Source: an uncultured bacterium
Lineage (GTDB): Bacteria; Patescibacteriota; Saccharimonadia; Saccharimonadales; UBA4665
Assembly: GCA_963794235.1 (NCBI GenBank)
Contig: CAWCCP010000011.1
Span: 25,490 to 89,489, forward strand
Length of the DNA stretch: 64,000 nucleotides
Direction of reading: 5' to 3'
Of this stretch, positions 34,990 to 45,632 are shown in pieces. The translations under genes were made by a program, and so were the position numbers. The notes beneath the pieces are model-generated. The model did no database searches, was not told the origin of the DNA, and worked only from the letters and a program-made list of their open reading frames with translations. Every line of letters begins with the position of its first letter. Position 1 is the stretch's first letter.

Positions 34990-37239
34990 ATGCCTCACGG
35001 ACCAATATCCCCAGATGGAGTGTTGTCGCACTATCCAGATGCGACTCCACACAGTACTAACTTATCAATATCATTTCGCGCAGCTGATTTAGGTGAAGAA
35101 TTTGTACAGAGAGTTTTAACAAGAGATGAAAAATTAAGGCTTTACGGCAGAAGCGTGCTTGCACAGGCCGGAATCGATATTGCGCAGCCTACAGACGTAA
35201 TGCCGATCGTCGATGATAGTATTCTGTATGTACCGATTTCAATACAATCACATTCAACACTTGGTCATCAAATTGCAAATGACATCGGTGCAATACAGTG
35301 TGAAACTGGGCAAGGTAAGCAACTCAAGCGTCGAGATGAAGGCATTCGTTTTGGGAGATTTGTCGATTATAGCCAACTAGTACGAGTAGAAGCTGCCGAG
35401 GCAATGGACGCAACAAGAGGTTTATTGGTAGGTTTTAATGATACGATTAATGGCAACGCAAGTTCGGCCGAAAAAAGGAGGATTAATCCTGACGGATCCG
35501 TAAGTATAGGGATAAGTCCAGTCGAATTTGTTATCAACACGACAATTATGGGCTCCGATAATCGTTTTGATGCTTTACGACATGGTCGTGCAGGCCTGAT
35601 ACCCTTTATGGACAGCATTAATCATGAACCGGGCGATCCAATACCCGAATATTTAATAGGAGGAGTAATTCTGTCCTCTGGCCCTTATCATATGAACATC
35701 CGATCCGAGGGGGGTAAGGGTCGGCAAGTACCGAGTGGCAGTTTTATTGACGGAGGACGCCTGATGGGCATTGGCGAACAATTGGGAAGCTATGAAGGAC
35801 ACCGTCAGGTTGAGCTGGTTAGCCCGCAAGATGACAAACCTCCACTAACTTTTGACGAAACATCCGTTACGTTAGATTTATATCGTAACCGTGAACCGCA
35901 AGTCGGCCCACATCGCACATTCATTGATTGGCGAAGCAGCCCTGAGACCCGACGCAGGTTACATAAAACCGGTATTAGTGCTCTTGAGGTAGTGCAGGCC
36001 GCAGACCCCTCAACTCAGGAGGCATTGCTTTCATTCGTGGCAAACGATGAAGTAGCCGGTATCGTACTATCTCGTCATGGTGCAACAATTGCACCAGCAG
36101 GTGTTACATCCAAATTTAATGCCCAGAATATACGTAAGGCCGCACAAAGCGTTGGAGCAAACAGATCAATTCCACCAGAATTGAGCAGCCTGACTGGTTT
36201 CGTGACTGCTCTCGAAAATGCCGGCGATCGATCACGTATCCTTGTAGCGGATCAACTTGAAGTTAAGTATTTCCGGGGGATTGTGGATTCCGGTGACATT
36301 AGGGCAATCCTGGTACGAAACTTCGGTAATACGGCTCTGAGCAAAGAAGATCACAGTGCTTTAGTGGGTATAGTAGAGAATGGGGTATCCGTTGGTTGGT
36401 CACCTGAAGGAGACGCATACCGCGAGATGCATCGTAGCGGCTTATGGATTAAGCCCGAATTTGAAGATAGGATGGAAGATCTCGATTTAGTGGTAGCCAT
36501 GTACGGTGGAAATAAAGACTTGGTGGGAGATGCGCTCCAACCCCAAATCGACAAATTCTTTGATGGCTTAACCGCTATTGTTCCCGCTCAAAATCTGGCT
36601 GTTGCTCACGGTAGCGGCCCAGGTGTCATGAGGGTAGCCGATGAAACAGCACGCAGTAAAAATATTATGAGTCTAGGCGTGGGTATATCTGTAGAAAAGA
36701 TTGGTCAGGAAGAGAATACCCGCCCAGACGGTGTCGTTAGATTTGCTACAAGCGATCGGCTTTACCGTCAACAAATGCTTGATACCTTCAATACTATTTC
36801 AATTTTTAATGCAGGAGGCTATGGAACTTTAGAAGAAATGGCTATTTCCGTTTGCACACATAAATTACTTTCATGCCTGCCTACACCAAAAATAGCAATT
36901 GATCCCGATGGTTATTACAGGAATGCTGATCGAATGATTAGCGAAGTGGCACAACGAACAAATATACAAGCCGGTGGCGGCACCATTGATATTGCTGAGC
37001 ATCCATTTGGAGATGCTTGGGTACCGAATACATTTCATCGTGTTAAAGATTATGACCAAGCCCTCGAAATTATAAAAAAATTCACTAATGATCCTGCCGC
37101 ATATTGGCGTGAAGCTGGTATACCAGCAGAAAAAATACAAATCGCTTATGCAAGCCACCAACGTCGCTTAGCAGAAGTAGGCATGAATATTCCCACATAT
37201 ATGAGACGCGCAGCAGAGAGTTATATACAAGCAGCGTAA
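34990..37239 (+). CDS. 749-aa protein with an unknown ~480-aa N-terminal region and a C-terminal LOG/TIGR00730 (PpnN-like nucleotide nucleosidase) domain
   Basis: The C-terminal third has GSGPGVMRVADE... and NAGGYGTLEEM (PGGxGTxxE-type LOG motif) followed by DPDGYYRN. No motif was recognised in the N-terminal part. Confidence 0.6.
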   Translation: MPHGPISPDGVLSHYPDATPHSTNLSISFRAADLGEEFVQRVLTRDEKLRLYGRSVLAQAGIDIAQPTDVMPIVDDSILYVPISIQSHSTLGHQIANDIGAIQCETGQGKQLKRRDEGIRFGRFVDYSQLVRVEAAEAMDATRGLLVGFNDTINGNASSAEKRRINPDGSVSIGISPVEFVINTTIMGSDNRFDALRHGRAGLIPFMDSINHEPGDPIPEYLIGGVILSSGPYHMNIRSEGGKGRQVPSGSFIDGGRLMGIGEQLGSYEGHRQVELVSPQDDKPPLTFDETSVTLDLYRNREPQVGPHRTFIDWRSSPETRRRLHKTGISALEVVQAADPSTQEALLSFVANDEVAGIVLSRHGATIAPAGVTSKFNAQNIRKAAQSVGANRSIPPELSSLTGFVTALENAGDRSRILVADQLEVKYFRGIVDSGDIRAILVRNFGNTALSKEDHSALVGIVENGVSVGWSPEGDAYREMHRSGLWIKPEFEDRMEDLDLVVAMYGGNKDLVGDALQPQIDKFFDGLTAIVPAQNLAVAHGSGPGVMRVADETARSKNIMSLGVGISVEKIGQEENTRPDGVVRFATSDRLYRQQMLDTFNTISIFNAGGYGTLEEMAISVCTHKLLSCLPTPKIAIDPDGYYRNADRMISEVAQRTNIQAGGGTIDIAEHPFGDAWVPNTFHRVKDYDQALEIIKKFTNDPAAYWREAGIPAEKIQIAYASHQRRLAEVGMNIPTYMRRAAESYIQAA

Positions 37240-37369
37240 AATATTTATTACTATTTTATAAAATGCACAGTGGGTTTAGTAGATAAAATATTCGGACACT
37301 ATAGTTAATTATGTTAACTATTACCTAAAGAACGGGTATACTTATAAATAGTAATGGGTATACATAATC

Positions 37370-38443
37370 ATGCACGTGCATTCAATCTCTAAGCTAAAGA
37401 TAACAAAACGAGGCATCCAGATTGCATTAGGCTTATTATGGCTCTTAGATGGAGCGCTACAACTTCAACATCAAATGTTTAGCAGTGCGTTCGCAACACA
37501 AGTGATCGCGCCGGCTGGTCAGGGTCAACCGATTCCAGTGTATGGACCAATCAATTTCGAAATTCATATGCTGCTTTTACACCCCGCTCTCTATGACATG
37601 TTATTCGCGCTTGTTCAGCTCGCACTCGGAGTACTTATCTTACATAAAAAGACATCACAACTTGGGTTACGGACATCAGTTATTTGGGGATTTGCAGTCT
37701 GGTACTTAGGAGAGGGTATGGGAGGCTTGCTAAGTGGCCAGACTTCTGTTCTCATGGGCGCGCCGGGCGCGGCATTGATATATGCACTACTTGCTCTTGC
37801 TGTATTGCCAAGTAAAGAAAGAAAAGAATCAGATAGCAAAGATAAACCAGCTAGTTGGCTCCCAATAGTTTGGGCTGTTTTATGGTTCGTTGGGGCAATC
37901 TACCAGTTATTACCAGGCCAAAATTCGATTTCAGACCTATCCTCATCGATCGCAGCCAATGCTGGCAATGGCGCTCCTGGATGGCTAAGTTCAGTAGATA
38001 TTCACGTGTCAAATATCATAGCAGGCTTCGGGAAAAACGCTGCGATGAATACCAAGATGAAAGGCATGACTATGTCAAATGGCCAAATGGGACAATTTGC
38101 ACTTCAGACTCATCACAGTTCCGGGCTCTGGTTTATTATCTTGCTCGCTGCGATACAAGCCGCTATCGGTTTAATGGTGTTCTTACCACGCATATACAAA
38201 ATAACCGTAATATATATAGGTATAGCGCTATCACTCTTGTTCTGGTTGATTGGCCAAAGTCTTGGTGCGTACTTTTCCGGACTTGCGACCGATCCGAATA
38301 CGGCACCACTTATTATATTGCTCGGGGTGGCAGTTTTAGGGACAGATCGACTAAACTTCAAACGACTAAAAAACGGAATTAAAAATGCGGTGCAGTGGAT
38401 TGATAACGAGCTCGGTAATCGTCCAGTTATAAAAGCTCAGTAA
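37370..38443 (+). CDS. multi-pass membrane protein, hypothetical
   Basis: 357 aa with about 8 TM segments. The alternative-frame track ORF 37855-38382 was rejected. Confidence 0.6.
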   Translation: MHVHSISKLKITKRGIQIALGLLWLLDGALQLQHQMFSSAFATQVIAPAGQGQPIPVYGPINFEIHMLLLHPALYDMLFALVQLALGVLILHKKTSQLGLRTSVIWGFAVWYLGEGMGGLLSGQTSVLMGAPGAALIYALLALAVLPSKERKESDSKDKPASWLPIVWAVLWFVGAIYQLLPGQNSISDLSSSIAANAGNGAPGWLSSVDIHVSNIIAGFGKNAAMNTKMKGMTMSNGQMGQFALQTHHSSGLWFIILLAAIQAAIGLMVFLPRIYKITVIYIGIALSLLFWLIGQSLGAYFSGLATDPNTAPLIILLGVAVLGTDRLNFKRLKNGIKNAVQWIDNELGNRPVIKAQ

Positions 38444-38610
38444 ATGCATGCACTTTCATTAAAGCTAGCGTAAGAATGTATGCTCTTAATTATTATGCTG
38501 TAAGCATGATTTTTTACGCTCAATCAGATGGGTTATATTTCATTGTAAGCAGCTCGATTATGTAGTAGCTTTAATTCATAAACACTTAACGTAATACGAC
38601 GGGGAGAAGA

Positions 38611-40311
38611 ATGGTTCACCAAAAACAACAACTCAAACCGCTCGCTAAAGCACCTACCGGCATTGCTGGGTTGGATGAGATTACTATCGGTGGTTTTCCC
38701 AAAGGCAGGCCAACGTTAGTTGCAGGTAATGCAGGATGTGGCAAGACTTTGCTCGCGATGGAGTTTCTTGTTAATGGAGTGACAGAATATAATGAACCGG
38801 GCGTATTTATGTCTTTTGAAGAGTCAAAGTTCGACTTATCACAAAATGTCGCCTCACTCGGCTATGATCTTGAAAAGCTTATTAAACAAAAGAAACTTGC
38901 AATTGATCATGTTGAAATCGAGCGCCACGAAATCGAGGAAACAGGAGCCTATGATCTTGAAGGTTTATTTATACGAATGGGCCATGCCATCGATTCAATC
39001 AAAGCAAACCGCCTGGTACTTGACACCATCGAGTCGCTTTTTGGTGGTTTTCAAGATGATACTATTTTACGCGCCGAGCTACGTCGACTCTTTCGGTGGT
39101 TAAAGACCAAAGGCATAACAACGCTAATTACAGGAGAACGAGGGGAAAAGACGCTTACGAGGCAAGGGCTCGAGGAATATGTTTCGGATTGCGTAATCCT
39201 GCTTGATCATCGTGTTGAAGACCAAAATTCTACAAGAAGACTACGAGTCGTAAAGTATCGCGGCTCAAGCCACGGTACAAATGAATACCCATTCTTAATA
39301 GATGAAGATGGCATTACAATTATGCCAATCACCTCGCTTAAGCTCGACAAAGTCGTTTCCACAAAACGAATCTCCTCAGGTATCCCCGAACTCGATAGTA
39401 TGACAGGTGGTGGTTTCTATAAAGGCTCGAATATTTTACTATCCGGTACGGCCGGTACAGGTAAAACAAGTGTTGCCGTATATCTTGCCGATTCAGCCTG
39501 TAAACGAGGAGAGCGAGTGTTATTTATTGCATTTGAAGAATCCCCGGCTCAAATAGTACGAAACGCTCGATCGATCGGTATCGAATTACAGAAACACATT
39601 GATAGAGGCCTATTAAGATTTGAAGCATCTCGTTCAACTTCTCTGGGGCTAGAGATGCAACTCGCTACAATTTATAAGCATGTAGAGCAATTCGACCCAC
39701 AAGTAGTTATTGTTGATCCCATTACAAATCTAATAACAACTGGCAACGTGATTGAAGTTCGATCAATGCTCGGCCGATTAATGGACATGCTTAAGGAGAA
39801 AAAAGCCACCGCACTTTTTACTTCACTTACGCAAGGCGGTGCTAACCTTGAGCAAACAGAGTATGGTGTTTCTTCATTTGTAGATACATGGTTATTGCTA
39901 CGTGATATCGAATCCAATGGCGAGCGCAACAGGGTAATACATGTCTTAAAGTCGAGGGGGACAAACCATTCGAATCAAGTCCGAGAATTTATTATTAGTG
40001 ATAACGGCATACAACTAGTTGATGTATACATCGGAGCTGCTGGCACGCTAACTGGATCTGCTCGAGTCGTGCAAATTGCCCGGGATGAATCCGATGCAGC
40101 CCTGCAGCGCGACAATTTAGCAAGTAAACGACACAAAATTGAAAATAGACAACGCATATTAAAGGCAAAGATCGCTAATCTAACTGAGGAATTAACCAGC
40201 GAGGCTGAGGAGCTTGAAGAACTAGAATACCTTGAGAACGAACGAAACGTCGCAATTGAAAATGAGCGTTCAGTCCTAAAAACATCACGCAGTAGGGGAA
40301 CGAATGAATAA
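38611..40311 (+). CDS. kaiC: KaiC-family double RecA-like ATPase with extended coiled-coil C-terminus
   Basis: Two Walker A motifs ([16 protein letters not shown]) and catalytic EE pairs (SFEES, AFEES). [12 protein letters not shown] aligns with HISTITDTIILL, the phosphosite region of cyanobacterial KaiC. 566 aa. Confidence 0.9.
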   Translation: MVHQKQQLKPLAKAPTGIAGLDEITIGGFPKGRPTLVAGNAGCGKTLLAMEFLVNGVTEYNEPGVFMSFEESKFDLSQNVASLGYDLEKLIKQKKLAIDHVEIERHEIEETGAYDLEGLFIRMGHAIDSIKANRLVLDTIESLFGGFQDDTILRAELRRLFRWLKTKGITTLITGERGEKTLTRQGLEEYVSDCVILLDHRVEDQNSTRRLRVVKYRGSSHGTNEYPFLIDEDGITIMPITSLKLDKVVSTKRISSGIPELDSMTGGGFYKGSNILLSGTAGTGKTSVAVYLADSACKRGERVLFIAFEESPAQIVRNARSIGIELQKHIDRGLLRFEASRSTSLGLEMQLATIYKHVEQFDPQVVIVDPITNLITTGNVIEVRSMLGRLMDMLKEKKATALFTSLTQGGANLEQTEYGVSSFVDTWLLLRDIESNGERNRVIHVLKSRGTNHSNQVREFIISDNGIQLVDVYIGAAGTLTGSARVVQIARDESDAALQRDNLASKRHKIENRQRILKAKIANLTEELTSEAEELEELEYLENERNVAIENERSVLKTSRSRGTNE

Positions 40312-40591
40312 AGCAGACTACCAATTACGTCTATATGTCGCAGGTCAAACACCTAAATCAATGCTCGCGCTCAGAAACCTAAAGCGCTACTGTGAAGAAC
40401 ACCTTAAAGATCAGTACACCATTGAAGTTATAGATCTCCTTAAAAATCCTCAATTAGCTGCTGGGGATCAAATTATTGCTGTTCCAACACTCGTGAGAAA
40501 AGTACCCCAACCAATTCGAAAAATCATTGGTGATTTATCAAATGAGCAAAAAGTTCTCGTTGGATTAGATTTAAGAGAGTTAAAGCCTTGA
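40304..40591 (+). CDS. kaiB: KaiB (copy 1)
   Basis: [12 protein letters not shown]...[51 protein letters not shown] is near-canonical KaiB. Confidence 0.9.
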   Translation: MNKADYQLRLYVAGQTPKSMLALRNLKRYCEEHLKDQYTIEVIDLLKNPQLAAGDQIIAVPTLVRKVPQPIRKIIGDLSNEQKVLVGLDLRELKP

Positions 40592-40878
40592 AAAACACTA
40601 AGAAATTTATACTAAAACTCTACGTGTCGGGAGCAACGCCTCATTCGACGAGAGCCGTAAAAAGCGTTACATCAATTTGTGAAGAACATATTAAAGATGA
40701 TTACTCTTTGGAAATTATCGATATCTATCAAAGGCCCGAATTTGCCAAGCAAGATGATATTATTGCCGTTCCAACGCTCCTAAAATGCAAGCCAGAACCT
40801 ATGCGTCGTTTGATTGGTGATATGTCACGAGAAGAAAAAGTTTTAACAGGACTCGACCTTAAAGGTTTTACAGATTAA
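40588..40878 (+). CDS. kaiB: KaiB (copy 2)
   Basis: [12 protein letters not shown]...[49 protein letters not shown]. It overlaps copy 1 by 4 nt. Confidence 0.9.
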   Translation: MKNTKKFILKLYVSGATPHSTRAVKSVTSICEEHIKDDYSLEIIDIYQRPEFAKQDDIIAVPTLLKCKPEPMRRLIGDMSREEKVLTGLDLKGFTD

Positions 40879-40881
40879 GCG

Positions 40882-42066
40882 ATGGTTCATAAATCTCACA
40901 CCATGACCGAGGAAGATATAGCTGAACTTCAGGCTCGACTTCGAGAAGCCGAAGACACACTCGAAGCAATTCGTTCAGGCGCTATTGATGCCATCGTGGT
41001 AGAGGGAAAAAATCAGCAGCAAATCTTTACACTTAAATCGGCGGATTATACCTATCGAATGCTTATTGAGTCAATGAATCAAGGGGCGATAACAATCAGC
41101 GAAGACGGTACTATACTTTACAGTAATCGGCAATTTGGTAACATGATAGGCGTTCCGCTCGAACAGATTATTGGGACACAAATCCAAGATTACATAATTG
41201 CAAGTAATCGCCCGCAACTTATGAATCTCATTAATAAACCAAGCCTGCGTGATCAAGAGTTAACGCTGCAAATTGATCGATCGCCATTTATGGCCGTTAT
41301 GATCTCAGCCACTAAATTACCACATGAGGACTCAACTGCTTACATGTACATGGTCATTACAGACGTCACAGAACGAAAGAAAGCTGAAGATGCAAAGGAT
41401 GAGTTTATTTCGCTCGCTTCTCACCAGTTACGCACCCCAGCAACCGGTGTTAAGCAATATCTTGGAATGCTGCTTGAAGGCTATGCAGGAGAACTTTCCG
41501 AAAAGAATAGGCTTTTCATCAAGACCGCCTATGATAGTAATGAAAGACAACTCACAATAATTAACGACATACTGAAAACTGCGCAAATAGACTCAGGTAT
41601 GTATGAGTTGAGCAAAGCACCAGAAAATATCGCAAGTATTATCGACAAAGTCATTGAGGAATATTCCCCGATTTTTAATAGTCGCGAACAAAAAATTCAT
41701 TTTGATTCCGATAGGGATTTAATTAGCAATGTCGATAGAGATGAACTAAGTTTAGCAATCTCTAATATCGTAGAAAACGCAAGCAAATACTCTCCGAAAG
41801 GTAGCATAATTTCTGTTATGGTATATCGAAAAGATGGGCTTGTGTGCATAGACATTAAAGATCAGGGAGTAGGTATAGCCGAAGCTGATAAGGGACATAT
41901 TTTTGATAAATTTACACGGATAGACAATGCATTATCTGATACCGTAAGTGGAAGTGGACTTGGGTTATACTGGGTGAAGCGAATAATTAAAATGCATGAC
42001 GGTGAGATAATTATAAAATCTTCACCAAATCACGGATCAATCTTTACGATTTGTTTACCAGCATGA
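40882..42066 (+). CDS. PAS-domain sensor histidine kinase
   Basis: N-terminal coiled coil, a PAS-like region, H-box FISLASHQLRTPAT, and HATPase_c motifs (NASKYSP, DQGVGI, GSGLGL). Confidence 0.85.
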   Translation: MVHKSHTMTEEDIAELQARLREAEDTLEAIRSGAIDAIVVEGKNQQQIFTLKSADYTYRMLIESMNQGAITISEDGTILYSNRQFGNMIGVPLEQIIGTQIQDYIIASNRPQLMNLINKPSLRDQELTLQIDRSPFMAVMISATKLPHEDSTAYMYMVITDVTERKKAEDAKDEFISLASHQLRTPATGVKQYLGMLLEGYAGELSEKNRLFIKTAYDSNERQLTIINDILKTAQIDSGMYELSKAPENIASIIDKVIEEYSPIFNSREQKIHFDSDRDLISNVDRDELSLAISNIVENASKYSPKGSIISVMVYRKDGLVCIDIKDQGVGIAEADKGHIFDKFTRIDNALSDTVSGSGLGLYWVKRIIKMHDGEIIIKSSPNHGSIFTICLPA

Positions 42067-42443
42067 ATACGTTAAAAACAATATTTGTAGTCGAAGATGA
42101 AACGATCCTAAGAGATGCCTATAAAATTATTCTTACAAGCAAAGGTTATCGGGTTGAGACTGCAGCAAATGGGCTGAGCGCTCTCCAACTTTTAAATCAT
42201 ATCGAGCCTGATTTAATTCTCTTAGATTTACTGATGCCAGTCATGGGCGGCAAGGATTTTTTAATTGAAGCTAACATGGCAGTCCGCCATCCAAAAGTAA
42301 AAGTTATAGTCTATAGTAATTTGTCCGACTCAGACACGATCAACCAGGTGATTGAGCTTGGAGTTGACCAGCATGTGCTTAAATCGAGTATGTCTCCTAA
42401 TAACCTTGTCGAGTATGTTGATAGCTTATTATCGCGAAAATAA
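42063..42443 (+). CDS. single-domain response regulator (CheY-like receiver)
   Basis: IFVVEDE...PDLILLDLLMPVMGG...VIVYSNL. Its ATG overlaps the kinase stop (ATGA). Confidence 0.85.
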   Translation: MNTLKTIFVVEDETILRDAYKIILTSKGYRVETAANGLSALQLLNHIEPDLILLDLLMPVMGGKDFLIEANMAVRHPKVKVIVYSNLSDSDTINQVIELGVDQHVLKSSMSPNNLVEYVDSLLSRK

Positions 42444-42482
42444 ACTTCTTAAAATTAACCAATTAGATTTCTGCGGATGAGC

Positions 42483-42947
42483 TTAGATCTTATCCTGGAG
42501 GGTCTTCAAATCTTTTATAATATCACTAGCATGCGTTTGCGGATCGGCATGTATATATTTTTTCACGATATGACTTTCAGGATCAATTATAAACGTATTT
42601 CGTTCAACACCCATAAACTCCTTACCGTTATAATTCTTCGATTTCCACGAATCATATGCCTCAATTACAGCATGTTCGGGGTCGCTCAGGAGCGTGAAGT
42701 TAAGCTGGTATTTATCAACGAAAGACTTGTGCGAATCAACTGAATCCTGACTTACGCCCACTACTTCCGCCCCACCTAGTTCAGTAATAACTTCTCGAGC
42801 ATCTCTAAAATTACACGCCTCCGTTGTGCATCCAGCTGTATCATCTTTAGGATAAAAATAAAGTACTAGCCATTTTCCCTTATACTCATTAAGTGTATGA
42901 AAAATGCCATTCTGGTCGGCTAGATTAAAATCATAAGCTTGTTCCAT
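42483..42947 (-). CDS. bcp: thiol peroxidase Bcp (peroxiredoxin Q type)
   Basis: WLVLYFYPKDDTAGCTTEAC active-site motif. Confidence 0.85.
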   Translation of the reverse strand: MEQAYDFNLADQNGIFHTLNEYKGKWLVLYFYPKDDTAGCTTEACNFRDAREVITELGGAEVVGVSQDSVDSHKSFVDKYQLNFTLLSDPEHAVIEAYDSWKSKNYNGKEFMGVERNTFIIDPESHIVKKYIHADPQTHASDIIKDLKTLQDKI

Positions 42948-42994
42948 GTATGTTCTCCTTAAAAATATTTGTTAAATATTAACAATTCGTTTCG

Positions 42995-45193
42995 CTAATT
43001 AATCGGTTGTCTAATCTTAGGCGGAGCGCTTACATGATGAGCGTGAATAGGTTGCCGGGGAGGCAAGGGATTATCGGGATGATGAGGCGGTTCAATATGG
43101 TTCCGTTTCGGGCGATGCCCGGGCCACCATATTGCGTATCCAATGAGAGCTGACAAACTTGGAATAAGGAACGGAGCAATTACAAACGCTGCAAGGATAA
43201 CCCCGATTGCTATTGCGCTCCCCATTTGTGAAAGAAAGCTTATGCCTGCAAGAAGCAATGAACCAAACGTCGCTGCAAGAATAAGTCCCGCGGATGCAAC
43301 CGTAGCACTGCTATGTTCTACTGCAAGGTCAGCTGCTTTGCGCGGCGAATGTCCCTCTTGAATCTCTTCTCTTAAACGAGTAATAGTTAGAATATTATAG
43401 TCAGTTCCGATCGCGACAACGAAAATATACATAAATAATGGAATGAAAAATATCAGTCCTGGAGCATTTCCGATGCGTAAAAAGATTAAGGTAGTTGCTC
43501 CAAGTGTTGCAATATATCCAAGGCCTACACAAAGTAACAAGAAGACAGGTGCTACTAAACTTCTAAGAAGGAGTGCCAAAATTATAAAGATAAATACCCC
43601 TGCAATAGGGAATATAACCTTAAGATCACGATTTGTGACAGCCTTTATATCCGCCAAGACTGCCGTACTACCACCAACATAGACCCGTGCATTTGGAATT
43701 GGAACCGAATGTGCTGCCTCATGTATCGGCCCTGCGACATTACTTATTGCTAAAGCACTCGATGGGTCACTAGCCAGAATTACTGATACGATAGCAATCT
43801 TGCCACCTGGAGCAATAACGACCGGTTGCACACTAGCGATTCCGGTCGTATGTACAAGTCGTTGTCGCAAAGGTGTAATTTCCTTCCGGTTAAGCTTGCT
43901 TGTACTTGTTATATAAATTTGCGTGGGTTCAAGAACACCTGCTGGAAATGCACTAACAAGTTCGTTGTAGCCTGTTGCTGATTCGGTATTCTTTGGAGGT
44001 TGAGAAAATGAGCTAAAATCAGGTTTATATCCAAGAGCAGAAACCCCTAAAGCTATCAACAATACTAAAACAGCACCGACCATCCTGGCAGGATGACGAG
44101 CAATCATGCCACCAATTTTTTTCGAAAATGTAGGATTAAGAGACTTACTCTTCCATGCTTTACTGGGCCAGAATACTTTTTCTTGTACGACGGCAACTAG
44201 TGCCGGAATAAGCGTTAAGGCAGCCAACATCATTACAAAAACACAAATGACCAAACTTGGCGCCATAGACGAAAAAATACCGAACTTAGCAAAGAACAGT
44301 GCAGAGAATGAAGTCAGGACAACAAGGGCAGCAGATAAAATTGCAAGTCCTGCGCGACTTAGTGCAAACGTCACAGCTTCACGGCTGTGATCACCGCTTC
44401 GCAAACGCTCGCGGTACCGAAAGAGTAGGAAAAGTATATAATCAGTACCGATACCGAATAAGACAACGGTAAATATAACACTTAACTGCTGACTGACGAC
44501 AAAATTAAAGGTTTTAGCAGCGTCTGCAATTAATGCGTTAGCTATTAAGCTAACGACTCCAACGGATACAATTGGCAAGAGCCCTGCAAAAGGACTTCGA
44601 AAAATTAGGGCCGGCAATATTAATACTAGGAGTAATGTTCCGATACCGACGATTTTTAGCGCCTTTTCTGATTCCCCTTGAGTATCATAACTAATTGCTT
44701 CTTCTCCCGTGACTGCAACTTTAAGGTTGGTTCCATCTGTCTGTTCACTGAAGCTATCGCGTACAGTCTTAACGGCATCAATAGTAGCCGTGTCCTGAGC
44801 ATTGCCAGAATATGTTATTTGTGCAAGCTGTACTTTTCGATTTGGAGCAAGTTGTCGGCTACTCGTTGTAACTGAAAGTATGTGGGATAGGTGTTCAGCT
44901 GATATGGTATCAACAACTTTGCTTATAAGTTGAGAATCGGCTTTTGTAAGTACCGTGCCAGATGTATTCGTAAATACAGCTGAATCGATGGCATCTTGGC
45001 TATTTGGTGATACCTTTTTCGCAATATTAATTGCTTCGACCGATTCGTAGCCTTTAGGAAGAAAACTACTCTGATTATTACTTTCGACACTGCTTAAACT
45101 CGGCGAGAGAGAAACAATGACGATTGCAGCAACTATCCATATTGCAATAACCCGCTTTCTTCTTTTAACGATTAATCGGCTAAATTTCTCCAT
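42995..45193 (-). CDS. MMPL-family (RND superfamily) transporter
   Basis: 732 aa with two 6-TM bundles, GTDYILFLLFRYRE and GTDYNILTITRLREE motifs, and a Pro-rich tail. Confidence 0.85.
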   Translation of the reverse strand: MEKFSRLIVKRRKRVIAIWIVAAIVIVSLSPSLSSVESNNQSSFLPKGYESVEAINIAKKVSPNSQDAIDSAVFTNTSGTVLTKADSQLISKVVDTISAEHLSHILSVTTSSRQLAPNRKVQLAQITYSGNAQDTATIDAVKTVRDSFSEQTDGTNLKVAVTGEEAISYDTQGESEKALKIVGIGTLLLVLILPALIFRSPFAGLLPIVSVGVVSLIANALIADAAKTFNFVVSQQLSVIFTVVLFGIGTDYILFLLFRYRERLRSGDHSREAVTFALSRAGLAILSAALVVLTSFSALFFAKFGIFSSMAPSLVICVFVMMLAALTLIPALVAVVQEKVFWPSKAWKSKSLNPTFSKKIGGMIARHPARMVGAVLVLLIALGVSALGYKPDFSSFSQPPKNTESATGYNELVSAFPAGVLEPTQIYITSTSKLNRKEITPLRQRLVHTTGIASVQPVVIAPGGKIAIVSVILASDPSSALAISNVAGPIHEAAHSVPIPNARVYVGGSTAVLADIKAVTNRDLKVIFPIAGVFIFIILALLLRSLVAPVFLLLCVGLGYIATLGATTLIFLRIGNAPGLIFFIPLFMYIFVVAIGTDYNILTITRLREEIQEGHSPRKAADLAVEHSSATVASAGLILAATFGSLLLAGISFLSQMGSAIAIGVILAAFVIAPFLIPSLSALIGYAIWWPGHRPKRNHIEPPHHPDNPLPPRQPIHAHHVSAPPKIRQPIN

Positions 45194-45632
45194 ATTTTTC
45201 CTTTCGAACTGTTACGTATTTTTGGCTTACTTTTTCGACAAGTTGAACAAGAGTGTCCAATTCCAGATCACTTAGCTCAGTAAATATCTCGTTAAGAATC
45301 TTTGTTTTTGCATGTCTTAATTCTCTATAAATATCCCACCCTTTTTCGGTCATTTTTAATATAACCTCACGACGATTCTGAAGATTCATTTCTCGAATCA
45401 GTAAACCTGCTTTTTCCAACGCATCTACGTGCTGCGTGGCGGCACCGGACGTGACACAGAGAATCCTTGCAAGTTGCTTGATTCCCACGTCACCAGTCTG
45501 CATGCCAACAACAATCAACGCATGATTTTGAGCAGGCGAGCAGCCAGAATAGTGTAAGGTATCGTCGTGCATGCCTTTACTAATCGCAAACATACTATCT
45601 TCAAGCCGGTTGAGTAAAGCTTCTCGATTCAT
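45180..45632 (-). CDS. MarR-family regulator
   Basis: wHTH core (GIKQLARILCVTSGAATQHVDALEKAGLIRE). It overlaps the MMPL start. Confidence 0.8.
   Translation of the reverse strand: MNREALLNRLEDSMFAISKGMHDDTLHYSGCSPAQNHALIVVGMQTGDVGIKQLARILCVTSGAATQHVDALEKAGLLIREMNLQNRREVILKMTEKGWDIYRELRHAKTKILNEIFTELSDLELDTLVQLVEKVSQKYVTVRKEKYGEI

Noticed and set aside
37855-38382. 175-aa + strand track ORF
   Set aside because: It is an alternative frame wholly inside the 357-aa membrane protein gene 37370-38443. Its composition (R/W/Y-rich) is typical of an off-frame translation.
38444-42443. A kaiA gene or cyanobacterial-type sasA/cikA next to kaiBC
   Set aside because: No ORF near the cluster has KaiA-like sequence. 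The adjacent kinase lacks a KaiB-like N-terminal domain, so it is not annotated as SasA.
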